Notes: generated by a model not told the origin, from the letters alone. A stretch of 64,000 bases of DNA from Octopus bimaculoides (GCF_001194135.2 NC_068983.1:66557-130556), one strand, 5' to 3'. Shown: positions 51,798 to 63,771, counted from the stretch's first letter. Program-made: numbers and translations.

Positions 51798-51986
51798 CCC
51801 TTTAATACTTAATAAACTGGCCAAAATATTCCAGTTTTATGGTCAAATCTAGCCTCTCACACCAACAATATCATTCTAAAACTTACCCACATCAAAATCT
51901 CCAAGCTACAAGATAATGCAGATCAATTGAAAACAATGAGTGTAAATAAGCATTAATTTTGATAGAATATTGTGAATGCTAAAGAG
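51798..51986 (+). mobile_element. piggyBac-type MITE, copy 2
   Basis: TTAA|cccttta ... gaatgctaaagag|TTAA. Confidence 0.7.
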
Positions 51987-52839
51987 TTAAAATCGAAATC
52001 ATTTCAAGTGTTTTGAATGTTTACCATAAATCTTAAACCAACATCATTTAACTCTTCTCCTCCTCCTCCTGTCATTTTGCTTCCTCCTTTCCCTCCCACT
52101 AACACATAATGAGGCAGCTTAGCTTGTTAAACAGCAAGTGTGTGTAGGAGTGTGTATACACACACACACACACTGTCAGCAAGCTATGGCTGATGGCAGA
52201 GCAAGGCAAATGAGTACAGTACAGAGGCTCCAGTAACAGAGAGAGAGAGAGGCTGGCTGCTTGCTTCAATGGCTGGCTCTGTGTGTGTGTGTGTGTGGTT
52301 GCTGCAGTTCAACTAGAGTCCAAATCAGATGAACTTTTGACACTGTCTTCAATACTGGGAAGAAAGAAAAGAAAAAAAAAGGGGAAATAAAAATGTTGCA
52401 CAGTGTTTTTAGTTGACCTATTGACCTTGTCTGGAATAGAACCTGCTTCCTCCTACCTCACATATTTGTGTTTTTGTTTATTCTTTGAAGAGGAATTACA
52501 TTTTTCTATTTTGGTAAAGTGACTTTTCTTCTCTCCAAATCTCTCTCTCCTGCTTTTTAATTAGGGGCCAATTTCTTAATCTTTAATTGGATTATTTCAG
52601 AATTATTTTTACTGTTAAAGCTGTCCCTTTTCTTCCCTCTAAATTCCATAAAACCCTTTGTTTATAGTTGCTGGCAGCAGAAGGGTTTAATAAGGATTTG
52701 GGAAATAATGGTTCTGTGGTGTGAAGAGAGAATCAATCACTCTGTTCTTGGAGCAAATATTGTTGCACTGACCATTGTTTGGGAATAAAGGTACAACTAT
52801 GGATGACCAACAGTATTAACTCTCCTTCCCCTATAACTT

Positions 52840-52990
52840 TTGCACATCTTTGGACTGTGGTCATGCTGGGGCACCAACTTGAAGGGATTAGTTGAACAAT
52901 TCAGCCTCAGTACTTTAAAAAAAAATCTGGTACTTATTCTATTAGTCCTCTTTACTAGACTGCTAAGTTATGAGGGTGTAAGTAAACAAA
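52840..52990 (-). mobile_element. tRNA-derived SINE 3' half
   Basis: gactgtggtcatgctggggcacc...ggtacttattctatt...gctaagttat matches 8870-9000. Confidence 0.6.
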
Positions 52991-53089
52991 CGTGTTTGTT
53001 TATATATGATGATGATGATGGTATATATATATAAATAAAATGTGTGTGTGTTTTTATGTTCAGTTATAATAAAAACAATTTTACATTAA

Positions 53090-53440
53090 ACCTGATCTGG
53101 GCTGAGGTGGTGAGGCAAGACCTTCGAACATTGGGCCTCACCGAGGCGATGACTACTGACCGAGACCTTTGGAAATGTGCTGTGCGTGAGAAGACCCGGC
53201 AAGCCAAGTGAGATCGTTGCCAGTGCCCCTGGACTGGCTCTTGTGCGGGTGGCACATAAGATGTACCATCCTGAGCGTGACCGTTGCCAGTACCGCCTGA
53301 CTGGCCTTGTAGGGTTTTCGAGCGAGATCGTTGCCAGTGCCCCTGGACTGGCTCTTGTGCGGGTGGCACATAAAAGACACCATTTTGAGCGTGGCCGTTT
53401 TCATGCGGGTGACACGTAAAAGCACCCACTACACTCTCTG
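53090..53440 (+). mobile_element. young RTE 3' end with ~115-bp tandem unit, cut by a gap
   Basis: gaccttcgaacattgggcctcaccgaggcgatgac...; gagatcgttgccagtgcccctggactggctcttgtgcgggtggcacataa x2; CpG retained. Confidence 0.85.
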
Positions 53441-54080
53441 NNNNNNNNNNNNNNNNNNNNNNNNNNNNNNNNNNNNNNNNNNNNNNNNNNNNNNNNNNNN
53501 NNNNNNNNNNNNNNNNNNNNNNNNNNNNNNNNNNNNNNNNNNNNNNNNNNNNNNNNNNNNNNNNNNNNNNNNNNNNNNNNNNNNNNNNNNNNNNNNNNNN
53601 NNNNNNNNNNNNNNNNNNNNNNNNNNNNNNNNNNNNNNNNNNNNNNNNNNNNNNNNNNNNNNNNNNNNNNNNNNNNNNNNNNNNNNNNNNNNNNNNNNNN
53701 NNNNNNNNNNNNNNNNNNNNNNNNNNNNNNNNNNNNNNNNNNNNNNNNNNNNNNNNNNNNNNNNNNNNNNNNNNNNNNNNNNNNNNNNNNNNNNNNNNNN
53801 NNCATAGTCATGCCTGCACCCAACTCTTAATAAACTTCCACAATTAAAGTGAAATATTTGCCACATGTTTTGATAAATTTAAAGTTTTCTAAACTATTTC
53901 AACATCAGTGTTGTTACATTGACCATTTTTCTCGTTCTGCAAACCTTGTTTTCAATTTATCATTAGTTGGGGCGGGGCAGGGAGGGTCTATTGAAATGAG
54001 ACACCAATCAGTGTGTACCTCAGTGACTAATGTGATTGATGAGATTAATTTAACTGGTGTGATTGGGGAAATATAGTTAA

Positions 54081-54299
54081 CTCTTTGGCATTCAGATTAC
54101 TTCTCTGTCAAATGTGACGCCTATTCACATTGTTTTGTATCAATCCTGCATCAGCTTCAGCTTTGAGATTTCAATGATGTGATTGTTAATTTTTAGAATA
54201 ACATTGTAGGGTAGGTGTGAGAGATCGGATCTAGCCAGTTTGAACATAAAACCAGTAAAATATTTGGGCCAGACAGGGCCTCTTTAAACGCTAAAAGGG
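54081..54299 (-). mobile_element. piggyBac-type MITE, copy 3 (inverted)
   Basis: TTAA|ctctttggcattc ... cgctaaaaggg|TTAC. Confidence 0.65.
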
Positions 54300-55229
54300 T
54301 TACAATCAGAGATTGGGGGGGGGGGGAACAGAATTGACTGTGGGAGGATGGGGTAGATGTAGATAACTGGAGGGAAGTGAGAAAATAGTTTGTGTTAGGG
54401 GATAGGATTCAGTGGAGCAGTGATTGTTGTAGTAAGGGTAGAAGGAGCAGGCTCGGTTGATGGGAATTAAATGACTTTATTTTCAATATTGTTAAATATG
54501 TGTAGTTGTAGTGGTGGTGTCAGATCTTTGAGTGTAGTAGTAGTAGTAGTAGTAATCATGGTGTCACGTAGCTGGGTGTGTGTTGCAGTAGTGTCACAGG
54601 TGTGTGCAGTGGTGATGGTGTCAACAGTTCTGTGATTGTCCAGTTCAGTTGTCAACCATATTGAAGCATCACAGTTTGGTTGAAATATTTTCTGGTTCTG
54701 AAAAAGAAGTCTTTAGGAGGTCAGGTGTGGTGGTGGTGGTTAGGGAGGTGGTACTAAACAATATAGTTGTGTCTCTCAAATTTCGAGTTCAAATCTCAAT
54801 AAGGTAAACTTAGCCTTCCATTAATTCTAAGCAAATTTGATAAAATACCAATTATGTCTCGAGGTTTAATTTCACCGACACCCCCACCCACCCCTGATTT
54901 CACACACACACCAAGTGAGACCATGCTGCTATGTTAAACAGTAATTATATATTTGTGAGGGAATTTGAAGGATCATTAAAATTAGTACCAGTTGGGCACT
55001 GGGGTGGGGGGTGGGGTCAATGTAATCAAGTAACACCTCTCTCTCTCTCTCTCTCTCTAAAATTACTGGCCTTGTCCTAAAATTTGAAAAGCATTTGTTA
55101 TTCCACTGAAGTGTAAACATTAAATGTCTTCCTGCAATGAATTATTAACTTCATTGGTAACGCCATCTGCCATAAACAGAATTGATTCCAGAGAAGGTGG
55201 GCATCAATACCAATCTCCAATTACCTTAC

Positions 55230-55590
55230 TGAATCTTCATCGTTTAATGTCCATTTTTCCATGCTGGCACAGGTTGGCTATTTTGACAGAAGTTGCATCA
55301 GGCTCCAGTCTTGTTTTCCCATGGTTTTACAGCTGGATGCCCTTTTTAACACCAATCACTTCACAGAGTGTGTACTGGGTGCTTTTTATGTGGTTCCAGC
55401 ACAAAGTGATTTGCAAGACAAAGCCCTCTCACCTGGGGAAATGGCTTTGTGCCAGGTGGAAAGTTAATTAGCAGGATAGAGAGATGCCCATGCAGTATAA
55501 CTGTCCATATACAAGCATCATACAATTTGCATTTCACTGTGAGGGAGAAGCCCTTTCTTACCAACAAAGGTAGCAGCAGCTCTCTGAATT
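55230..55590 (-). mobile_element. RTE fragment (3' tail fused to a short ORF piece)
   Basis: catcgtttaatgtccatttttccatgctggc; KGFSLTVKCKLYDACIWTVILHG. Confidence 0.7.
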
Positions 55591-55599
55591 TTGCCCAAT

Positions 55600-57281
55600 C
55601 ACAAAGCCATTAGAGCACAGAAACAGGCCTGGAAGGGTGGGGGTAGCAGGGAACTGCACCAGATAGCCAGAAGGGAGGCTGGGTGGTAGGTATACATAGC
55701 CAAGGGTGAAGCAGGAAAGAAGTTTGCCAATGTCCAGCAATGTGAGGACCAAAGAACTGAAGTATTTCGGATTGCAAGACAGTGTGTGAGAGAAAATTGT
55801 GATGTCACAGGAGAGAAATGTGTCCGCGTGGATGATGGTGCACTTGCTTTTAATGATTCGGAAAAGAAAGAGGCTTGGAGGAGCCATTATGAAAGACTGC
55901 TGAACGCGGAGAATGAATGGGAGGAGGAGAGTCTGCCACAGGTTGACCCAGCTATCTGAATAGGCAACACCTTGTTAGATAAAGCAATTAAGGGTATGAA
56001 GCCAGGAAAAGCCCCTGGCCCAACAGGAATCACTGCTGAGATGCTTAAAACATCTAGTGGTGTGGGCTATGGCCTAGTCACCCATATTGTAAACCAGGTA
56101 GTTCATGAGGGAGTCATACCCAATAACTGGTGTAGCAGCACCATAGTCAATTGCTACAAAGGTAAAGGTGATACTTTAGATAAGGATAACTACAGGGGTA
56201 TCAAACTGCTGGTCAGGTGATGAAGGTCATGGAAAGGGTCATAGCCCAACTAATTAGGGAGATAGTTAGTCTAGATGAGATGAAGTTTGGTTTTGTGCCA
56301 GGTAGAAGCACTACTGATGCTATATTCCTGGTACGGCAACTGCAGGAGAAATACGTAGCCAAAGATAAACCCCTGTATTTGGCTTTTGTTGACTTGGAGA
56401 AAGCCTTTGACAGGGTCCCCCAATCCCTTATCTGGTGGGTGATGCATAAACTAAGGATTGACGAATGGTTAATAAGGGCTGTACAGGCCCTATACAGAGA
56501 TGCTGTTAGTAAGGTTAGGGTTGGCAATAAGTATAGTGAAGAATTCTGGGTAGAAGTAGGAGTTCACCAAGGATCAGCCCTCAGCCTCCTCTTATTCATC
56601 ATAGTCCTCCAGGCAATAACAGAGGAATTCAAGACAGGTTGCCCCTGGGAGCTCCTCTATGCTGATGATCAGGCCCTCATAGCAGAATCACTACCAGAAC
56701 TAGAGAAGAAACTTCAAGTGTGGAAGCAAGGTTTAGAATAGAAAGGCCTCAGAGTCAGTGTTGCAAAGTCCTAGTAAGTAGGAAGGTGAACACATCGTAC
56801 ACCCCTTCAGGTAGGTGGCCCTGCTCAATCTGTAGAAAAGGTGTAGGTAGAAACCTCATATGATGTACCCGGTGTAAGCTATGGATGCATAAGAGGTGCA
56901 GCAACATCAAAGGAAGGTTAACCGGGAAGACAGCTTTCACGTGCAGCAGATGCATAGGAGCAATAAACACCACAGATGCTCAGAAAACAGATTCCATCAC
57001 ATACCAGGGGGAGAAACTAGAAGTAATTGATAGCTTCTGCTACCTAGGTGACCAAGTCTGTAGTGGGGAGTGGATTCTTGGAGAGTGTAGCTTCTAGAAT
57101 AAGAATAGCCTGGGCAAAGTTCAGAAAAGCTTGTACCCCTACTGGTGACAAAGGGCCTCTCGCTCAGAGTGAAAGGTAGATTGTACGATGCATGTGTGCT
57201 AACTGCCACCAGTCCTCAGTCAAGTCGTCCAACCCATGCTAGCATGGAAAGCGGATGTTAAACGATGATGATGATGATGAT
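55600..57281 (+). mobile_element. RTE LINE RT region with PHD-like insert, internally deleted before the (ATG)n tail
   Basis: KAPGPTGITAEML...NYRGIKLL...FGFVPGRST.DAIF...AFVDLEKAFDRVP...VHQGSALS.LLF...LLYADD...CYLGD; tail gcatggaaagcggatgttaaacgatgatgatgat. Confidence 0.92.
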
Positions 57282-57409
57282 TATGTCTACGGCTTGCACT
57301 AGGTACACCTCATGGAATTATCTACACATCAAACAGGGCCACCTCCCTGAAGGGATTGGTAATTTATCTGCTTTTCTGCTTACTAGGGGTTTAGTCCTTG
57401 CCAAATTAA

Positions 57410-57880
57410 TCTAAAGCCTTTTGATCCTAGACTTGCACATCTGAAATTTCTTTTCTAATTCTGGTAGTGATTCAACAAAGTCATCTCCACAGAGGAGCTC
57501 TCAAAGGCAGCCAGTTTTAAATTTCTCTGTTATAGCTTGGAGGATTATGATAAAGAAGAGCAGGCTAAGAACAGATCCTTGGTAAATTCCTACCTGTGTA
57601 CTACTAAATTCGTTGCTATACTCATTGTAAACTTCCACCTTACTGACACCAGCTCTTACCACAACCACTCGTCTATGCTTAGCTTCTGTATTGACTGCCA
57701 GACAAGAGAACAGGGGACCTTGTCAAAGGTTTTCTGAACTATGACCCTCTCTCTAACTTTCATCACCTGCTCCAGCAATTTGATACTGCTAACTATTTCT
57801 AAGACATCACCTTTACCTTTATAGCCATTATCTTCTAATGCGGCCACACCGGTCATTGCATATGATGGACACCTTGGTCA
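57410..57880 (-). mobile_element. old RTE RT fragment with deletions
   Basis: YKGKGDVLE...IKLLEQVMKV.ERV...TFDKVP.SLVW. Confidence 0.65.
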
Positions 57881-59605
57881 ACTATACAGAGACTATTCCA
57901 CTTTGCCAGATATTTTAAGCATTACAGTATTAACTCTTAATTAGGGGCAAGGGGAGGCTTTCCCCATCTTCATATCCTTAATTGCTTTTATTGTTGTTTA
58001 ACCCCAGAACAATCTGGATCAAGTAGACCCATTTCAATTCAAGAGGAAGACTACATTATCTAAACGATTCTATGCTTATGTAAAATAAACTTTGATTAAA
58101 GGGAGATTTGGCTGCTATTTCTAGGAGGTTGAGTGACCACATAGAAGTTTTCTTAAGATTTTCTGGCTGCACTATTCTCTACTACAGAAGATACAAATAT
58201 ATATCTGTAATCAGCTTTCAGTGTATAGACAGCTGTAAGCACTACAAAATGTGAATAACCATTCATTTCTATTACAAGAACCTGCTCATCCCCAACCATA
58301 ACACGTCTCCTCCACCCTCAGTGTTTGTAGCTTTGCGAACAGCATGGCAACCTCACTTATGCTCGTGGCATGCAAAAAAGTACCCAGTGCACACTGCACA
58401 CTGTGAAGTGGTTGGCATTAGGAAAGACATCCATCCATAGAAAGCATGTCTCAACAGACAATTGGAACACAGAAATTCCCAGTTGTCATCTATGCTACAG
58501 TTCCCTAAACTTTCCTCCCGACCATTATGTCAGAATTTCTCTAAATCTTTTCCCAATTGTGAGATCTTTTAGTTTCCATACCTTCCTTCTCCATCTCTGT
58601 GTTGTGCTTTCTTTGCCAGGAAAGGTTTCCGATGATGATAATGATGAAAAGATGTTCTGTGAGAACAGAATGTCTTGCTATTCCACCCCTCCACCCGATA
58701 CATAACTAAAAAAAAAAAATAATACATATTCATAATTTATTTACATTTCCAATGTCACAGGTGTTTGCTATGCATTTTTATATGATTGTTGTCAGTAGAC
58801 TTAATATAAGCAAGAAGTATTTGAGGAAGAGAGAAGAAAGATTTCTGGTAGTGGGGAGGAGGGGTAATGGATGGGAGTATCATCTAAGCAAGCTATTAAG
58901 TAACTATTATTATGAGGCAGGCAAAAAATATTGGTATTAAAAACTTTCATAACAAGATGAGAGAAACAATGGTTGCTCAGTCAGTGTTTAACATCCGTTC
59001 AGTTAAAACTCTCAGGAGCACAATGCTTGCTGCAAAATCTTTAGAAGTTGCATGTGAGGGAATGACAAAAAATATAAAGTGAACATCAGCAAGAGGCGCT
59101 GCAAAGGCCCATTAAATTAAGAGCAATGCAATGATGCAATTGTAAATTCACAAAGTAGAATGGTTGAAGTGACATATACTAAAGCTAGGAAGAAGAAATG
59201 TGTGTTGTGATGATGAAGAGCAGAGCTTGTTTGAAGGTGAATTTCTTGTTATTGGACCAAGTTCAGAACACACTAGAATAGCAAATAGTCTTGAAAGTAT
59301 GGAATGCAACTTCTCTACTTCACAGCCATCATCATTTAATGTCCACGGGTTGGACAAAACATGTTTACAGCACCGAGATTTGCCAAGCAGTCACCCATCT
59401 GAGTATTATTAACCAGGCTTGAAATGTTGCTTAACTTTGGTGATCAGACAGGAACCAGTGTTTTCATGGCATAAACCATGCAGGGCGTGTGTTGCCCCTT
59501 TGAGCAGAAGTGTAAAAGGGGACATTTCCTCCNNNNNNNNNNGATAGCTTCGTTCGTCATCAAATAACACTGACATTCTATCATTTCATGTTTACTGTTT
59601 TGCAG

Positions 59606-59748
59606 CTCGTGAAGAAAATGTTTGTAAAGCTGATACAGTCTTTCGTTCCATGTTGCTTGAGGAATCTTTGTTACCAGAATCTGAATCTCCCAACACAGAA
59701 CAGCAGAACAGTTACAAACCATCCACAATAATACGATTAGGACCAGCA
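59606..59748 (+). CDS. candidate internal coding exon 3 (143 nt, phase 1-0)
   Basis: Branch-like ctgac, acceptor atgtttactgttttgcag|, donor GCA|gtaagt. Only one frame is open: (P)REENVCKADTVFRSMLLEESLLPESESPNTEQQNSYKPSTIIRLGPA. Confidence 0.65.
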
Positions 59749-60119
59749 GTAAGTTCTTTCTCAAACTTATTTCAATCCTTTCTAAACTTTGTGATCAATG
59801 TCTATACATTAAAGGGTCTGTGTGCTGGTGTGCAAGAAGGGGCCACATTCATGGATCAGTGTTGGCTTCAGCTTGATGCCTATTGATGTTGATGTCTGCT
59901 GATTAAAAAAAAACAAAAACGTCTGGGGGTTGTGGGAGGGAGTCAACATTCTTGTTCTAATGAGATTAGGATTATATTCTGGCAAACATCTAAGGCAGGG
60001 AAGTGATTGTTCCTTAAAGGATCCATCTTAAGTATTGGGTAAAATATTTCGTCTCAGGTGCTGTAGTAGCAGGGGTTGGGCCTGAGATGACACTAAACAC
60101 GTCACTCTTGACTGGGCAC

Positions 60120-60432
60120 ACAAAGCCTGCTTCCCAACCACATGGTTGCTGCTTTAGTCTCACTGTGTGGCACCTTGGGTAAGTTCTACTCTACACCAAC
60201 CTGATCAAAGCCTTGTGAATGGATTTGCCTGACAGACACTGAAAGAAGCGCGTTTGTGTTTGTTTCTCACCACTACTTGACAACCAGTGTTTGTTTGTTT
60301 ATGTCCCTGTAACTTATTCTATTCAGCAAAAGAGACTGAATAGAATAAGTCCTGGGGTTGATTCATTTGACTAAAAATTCTTCAAGGCGCTGCCCCAGCA
60401 AGGCCACAATCTTACATTGAAACAAGAATTAA
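60120..60432 (+). mobile_element. tRNA-derived SINE, old near-full-length copy
   Basis: cttcccaaccacatggtt...gtggcaccttgggtaag...ttgacaacc...gaataagtcctggggttgatt...ccccagcaaggccaca. Confidence 0.7.
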
Positions 60433-60871
60433 ATCATCTTTCAAGGAGAGTTTACTGTGGATCCACTGAGAATTGGGTTTACAGTCTAGAGACATTTGCC
60501 ATCAATCTGCAACCAGATGATTCTTCTAAACCAATGTTGTAGCTGTAATGAAGGAACAACACTGTTTTATCTTGCTGTCTATAAAACACCGACAACAAAG
60601 TTTCTGTGTTAGAAATTGTAGCCAAACTCGCTCAAATCTCATTCTGCCATCTTGAAGGTCACATTGCATAATCAACTTAGAAACATTCTAGCAAGAAAAG
60701 GCTCCCTCATGGCACCAGCAAACTGCTTTTTTCATCCTGAATTGAAAAAACTTATTTTAGGGTGAAATTTGATCAGTTATTATTTTGCCCGTTTCTATTA
60801 TTGACTGGAACCCATCAAACAGTGATGTTGTTGGCCCAAACTTCACATTAACTTTCTCATGTTTATTTCAG

Positions 60872-60943
60872 CCTCCTGTTTACGTACGGCCAACACAGAC
60901 CAAACCAAGTTTACTGGAAATCTACCTCTCCAGCGATTTATAG
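60872..60943 (+). CDS. candidate exon 4, terminal coding segment if entered in phase 0
   Basis: Branch-like ttaac, acceptor ctttctcatgtttatttcag|, PPVYVRPTQTKPSLLEIYLSSDL*, three CpG. A second frame is also open here (ORF 60859-61095), so the frame is not certain. Confidence 0.45.
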   Translation, partial: PPVYVRPTQTKPSLLEIYLSSDL

Positions 60944-62599
60944 CAGTAAACTTCTTCAATGTCACACTGTCGCACACAGAGGCTGTTGAAGTCCAACATT
61001 TACTAAAATCCATCAAATATAGAAAAAAAGTATTTTTTAACATCTTTCTTTATTTGAAATATTTCATTCATTCATTTTATGGAACAAAACTTTAATTAGT
61101 TGCAAGACCAACTTTTAGTTATCTAGAATTAATTTTCGTGTTGAGCATAATTAGAAAATTAATTTTCTTTGTTTGGGCATGGTTAGAGTGGCTCAAAAAA
61201 AAAGAGACCAAGTAAGTTTAAATGTGAATATTTAAAATATGGACATTTATTTAACAGATAAACTGTCGGTTCATTTTCTTTAATCTCTTCTCTCTGTGGC
61301 AGAAGAGGAGTCGGATGTGACTTGCAAGTTTTCTTTTTTGTATCTGAGCAACGTTACTCAATTCCTGTAATACTTGATGGTTTAAACCTTCTAACAACCA
61401 TGTCTACCTGGTTGCTTGACCTGCTGCAAACAGCAGCAAAATTACTCTCAAACCATGTCCTCTCTTGAAAAGGACACATTTGATAAATGGAGTCCAAAGT
61501 ATACTTTGAGAAAAAAAAACAGGATGGTCATGGCTGGAACCTATTTAATCATAAAATGTAAAATTGTTAGCAAGTTCCTGGAGTTGGAGGAGCTCAGTTG
61601 CCATGGAGATGAAGGAACTGGCAACATCATTCTCTGCTGATGTCACAAAAGGTGAGGAAATGTTGGGGTCCCCACCTCTTCATAGCAGCTAAGTTTTGTC
61701 TGATTCGACTCCCTTTTTGTCTAACCAGAAATCCTTCTCAAGTGATTCCGATAGTTTTTTTGTTTTTTTTTTTATGATAAAAACTCTGTCAACGTATAAT
61801 TCAAATTTTGGTTGGGAAATGCTTCCTGATCTAGAAGTGAATAATTTTCTTTGAACATTTCAACAGAGTTGACAGTATTACAGCTGTTTCTCATCTGAAT
61901 ATCCTAAAACTTCAGATATTCTCATTATCTTGTCTCGTTAGTTGCTAACAAAGAATTTGTAAATATCGTCTTGATAAAAAAACTATTTTCTTTTCAACAA
62001 ATTAGACTTAATTTCAAGTTATTTTACATTGTGCTCACCTTCAAAGCTTCATCATATTCAGTGCCGTTTATATTTTTATAGATTTATCAAACTGTATATT
62101 TCAAGTCTTTTCGTAAGAATGTATATTTTTATATGCAGTGGAATGTTGTCTCAAGTAGACGTTGTAAGCTACTCTTTACATCAGACTAACTTTTACTAAA
62201 TTAAAACTAACACTGCTCCATATTTTCCAAGTTCTGTATATTTCCCTTGTTACTCTACAATAACTAGTCTCAAAATTGTAGTAAAAATGTATTTTTGTTG
62301 TGTGAATGAGAAAATTTTGTGAAAAAAATAAATAATTCCTAATTTCTGTATTTTGTTAATTATGTGAACTGATTGCCTGTTATTGACTTTACAGTGTCTC
62401 TGGTCAGAGAGGGAGTTTATTTTTCTGTTATTCAGGAAACTAATTAGTGAAGTTAGCTCTACAGTTAAGTAAAAAGGACGACTGTAATGGTTTATCATTT
62501 CTATATCTACCGTATAAGTGTGTCTCTGGGTTCTTTGTCTTGACATTGTGCGATTATTATTATACAAGTTTTGTTTAGTCTTCTGCAAAAACATTCCAG

Positions 62600-62935
62600 A
62601 CCAATGGAAATTTTTCTTGCTGACAGAGAGCGTCTGGCCATAGAAGCCTGCCTCACTGATGCAAGCATAGAAAAGTCATCATCATTCATCGTTTAGTGTC
62701 CACTTCCCATGCTAGCACAGGTTAAATGATTTAACTGGGGGCTGCACCAGGGTCCAGAGTCTGTTTTGGTTTGGTTTCTACAGTTCACTTCACAGTGTAC
62801 TTGGCACCTTTTACGCATCACTGGACACAACTGATTTCACTTAGCTTGACCCGTCTTCCCGAGCACAGCAAATTGCAAAAGGTCTCGGTCACTTGTCATT
62901 GCCTCCATGAGGCTCAATGTCTAATCATACTTCAC
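62600..62935. mobile_element. old RTE 3' ends joined tail-to-tail
   Basis: gcaagcatagaaaag-tcatcatcattcatcg-tttagtgtccacttcccatgctagc. Confidence 0.55.
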
Positions 62936-63269
62936 CAACTTCTCCCACATGTCTGCATCATGTTCCAATAGTCTCAGTCACACTATTGTCCGTCTCAATT
63001 TCATCAGTGGAGAATACAGGGTTTGTTTTTCGTTTTTAATTGAACGAGTAATGGCATCGGTGACTATTTCTGGCAGAATCCTAAAAGAATAATTCAACTC
63101 ATTTTCCTGGGGCCAGACGGAATTTGTTTCAGTTGGATGTCCTTCCTGTCTAGAATCCTCATCTGCTTTCAAGCAAGGTAACACTTTTTCTTCTGGACAG
63201 ATGGACATCAACACCCTGGTTTGTATGATGATTACTCATTTACAACCCTTACACCATCTCCCTCTCTCA

Positions 63270-63440
63270 CCATCACCATTTAATGTCCATTTTCCATGCT
63301 GGCATGGGTTGGACAGCTTGACAAACTGGCCACACCAGGTCCCATAGTCTATTTTGGCTTGGTATACAGCTCGATGCCCTTCTTAACGCCAGCCACCCCA
63401 CAAACTGTACTGGGTACTTTTTAAGTGGCACCTTGGTTTT
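63270..63440 (-). mobile_element. RTE 3' tail fragment
   Basis: catttaatgtccattttccatgctggcatgggttggacag...gatgcccttcttaacgcc. Confidence 0.75.
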
Positions 63441-63771
63441 AGGATCCCAGTTCTGTTGTGGTTGGGTCTTGTGTACAGCATTTTACCATTACACCTCAGC
63501 TCTGTCATCAGTTTGGAAGTCGGACATTGAATAACAAGCACCAGCCAAATGTGATCGATGCCAGGGCCCCCTGTGTGTTTGTCTTATCTGTGTCTGTCCC
63601 TCTTTGTCTTGACAGTGTGTGTGTATCTGTCTCAACATGTGTCTGTGCCTGTCTGCATGTGTGTGTGTGTCTGTGTCTGTCCCTGAGTTTCTGTGTGTTT
63701 GTAAGCAAAGTTTTCAAGTTTCATTTAATGAAAATTGTCACACTTTATACTACAAGAATATATATATTACA

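Noticed and set aside
52010-52480. Non-repeat stretch with short CT/CA/GA/GT tracts that looks enhancer- or promoter-like
   Set aside because: Impression only; no motif or splice evidence supports a call.
54430-54660. Thr-rich minus-strand ORF
   Set aside because: A low-complexity (GTA/GTG)n product, not a credible exon.
58960-59412. Short + strand ORFs upstream of exon 3 (MVAQSVFN..., MCCDDEEQ...)
   Set aside because: No splice sites that fit, interrupted by stops, and the second runs into an RTE tail fragment.
61300-61990. Apparently stop-poor minus-strand frame
   Set aside because: On recount the frame breaks at an A-run and stop density is not clearly below chance; no recognisable motif.
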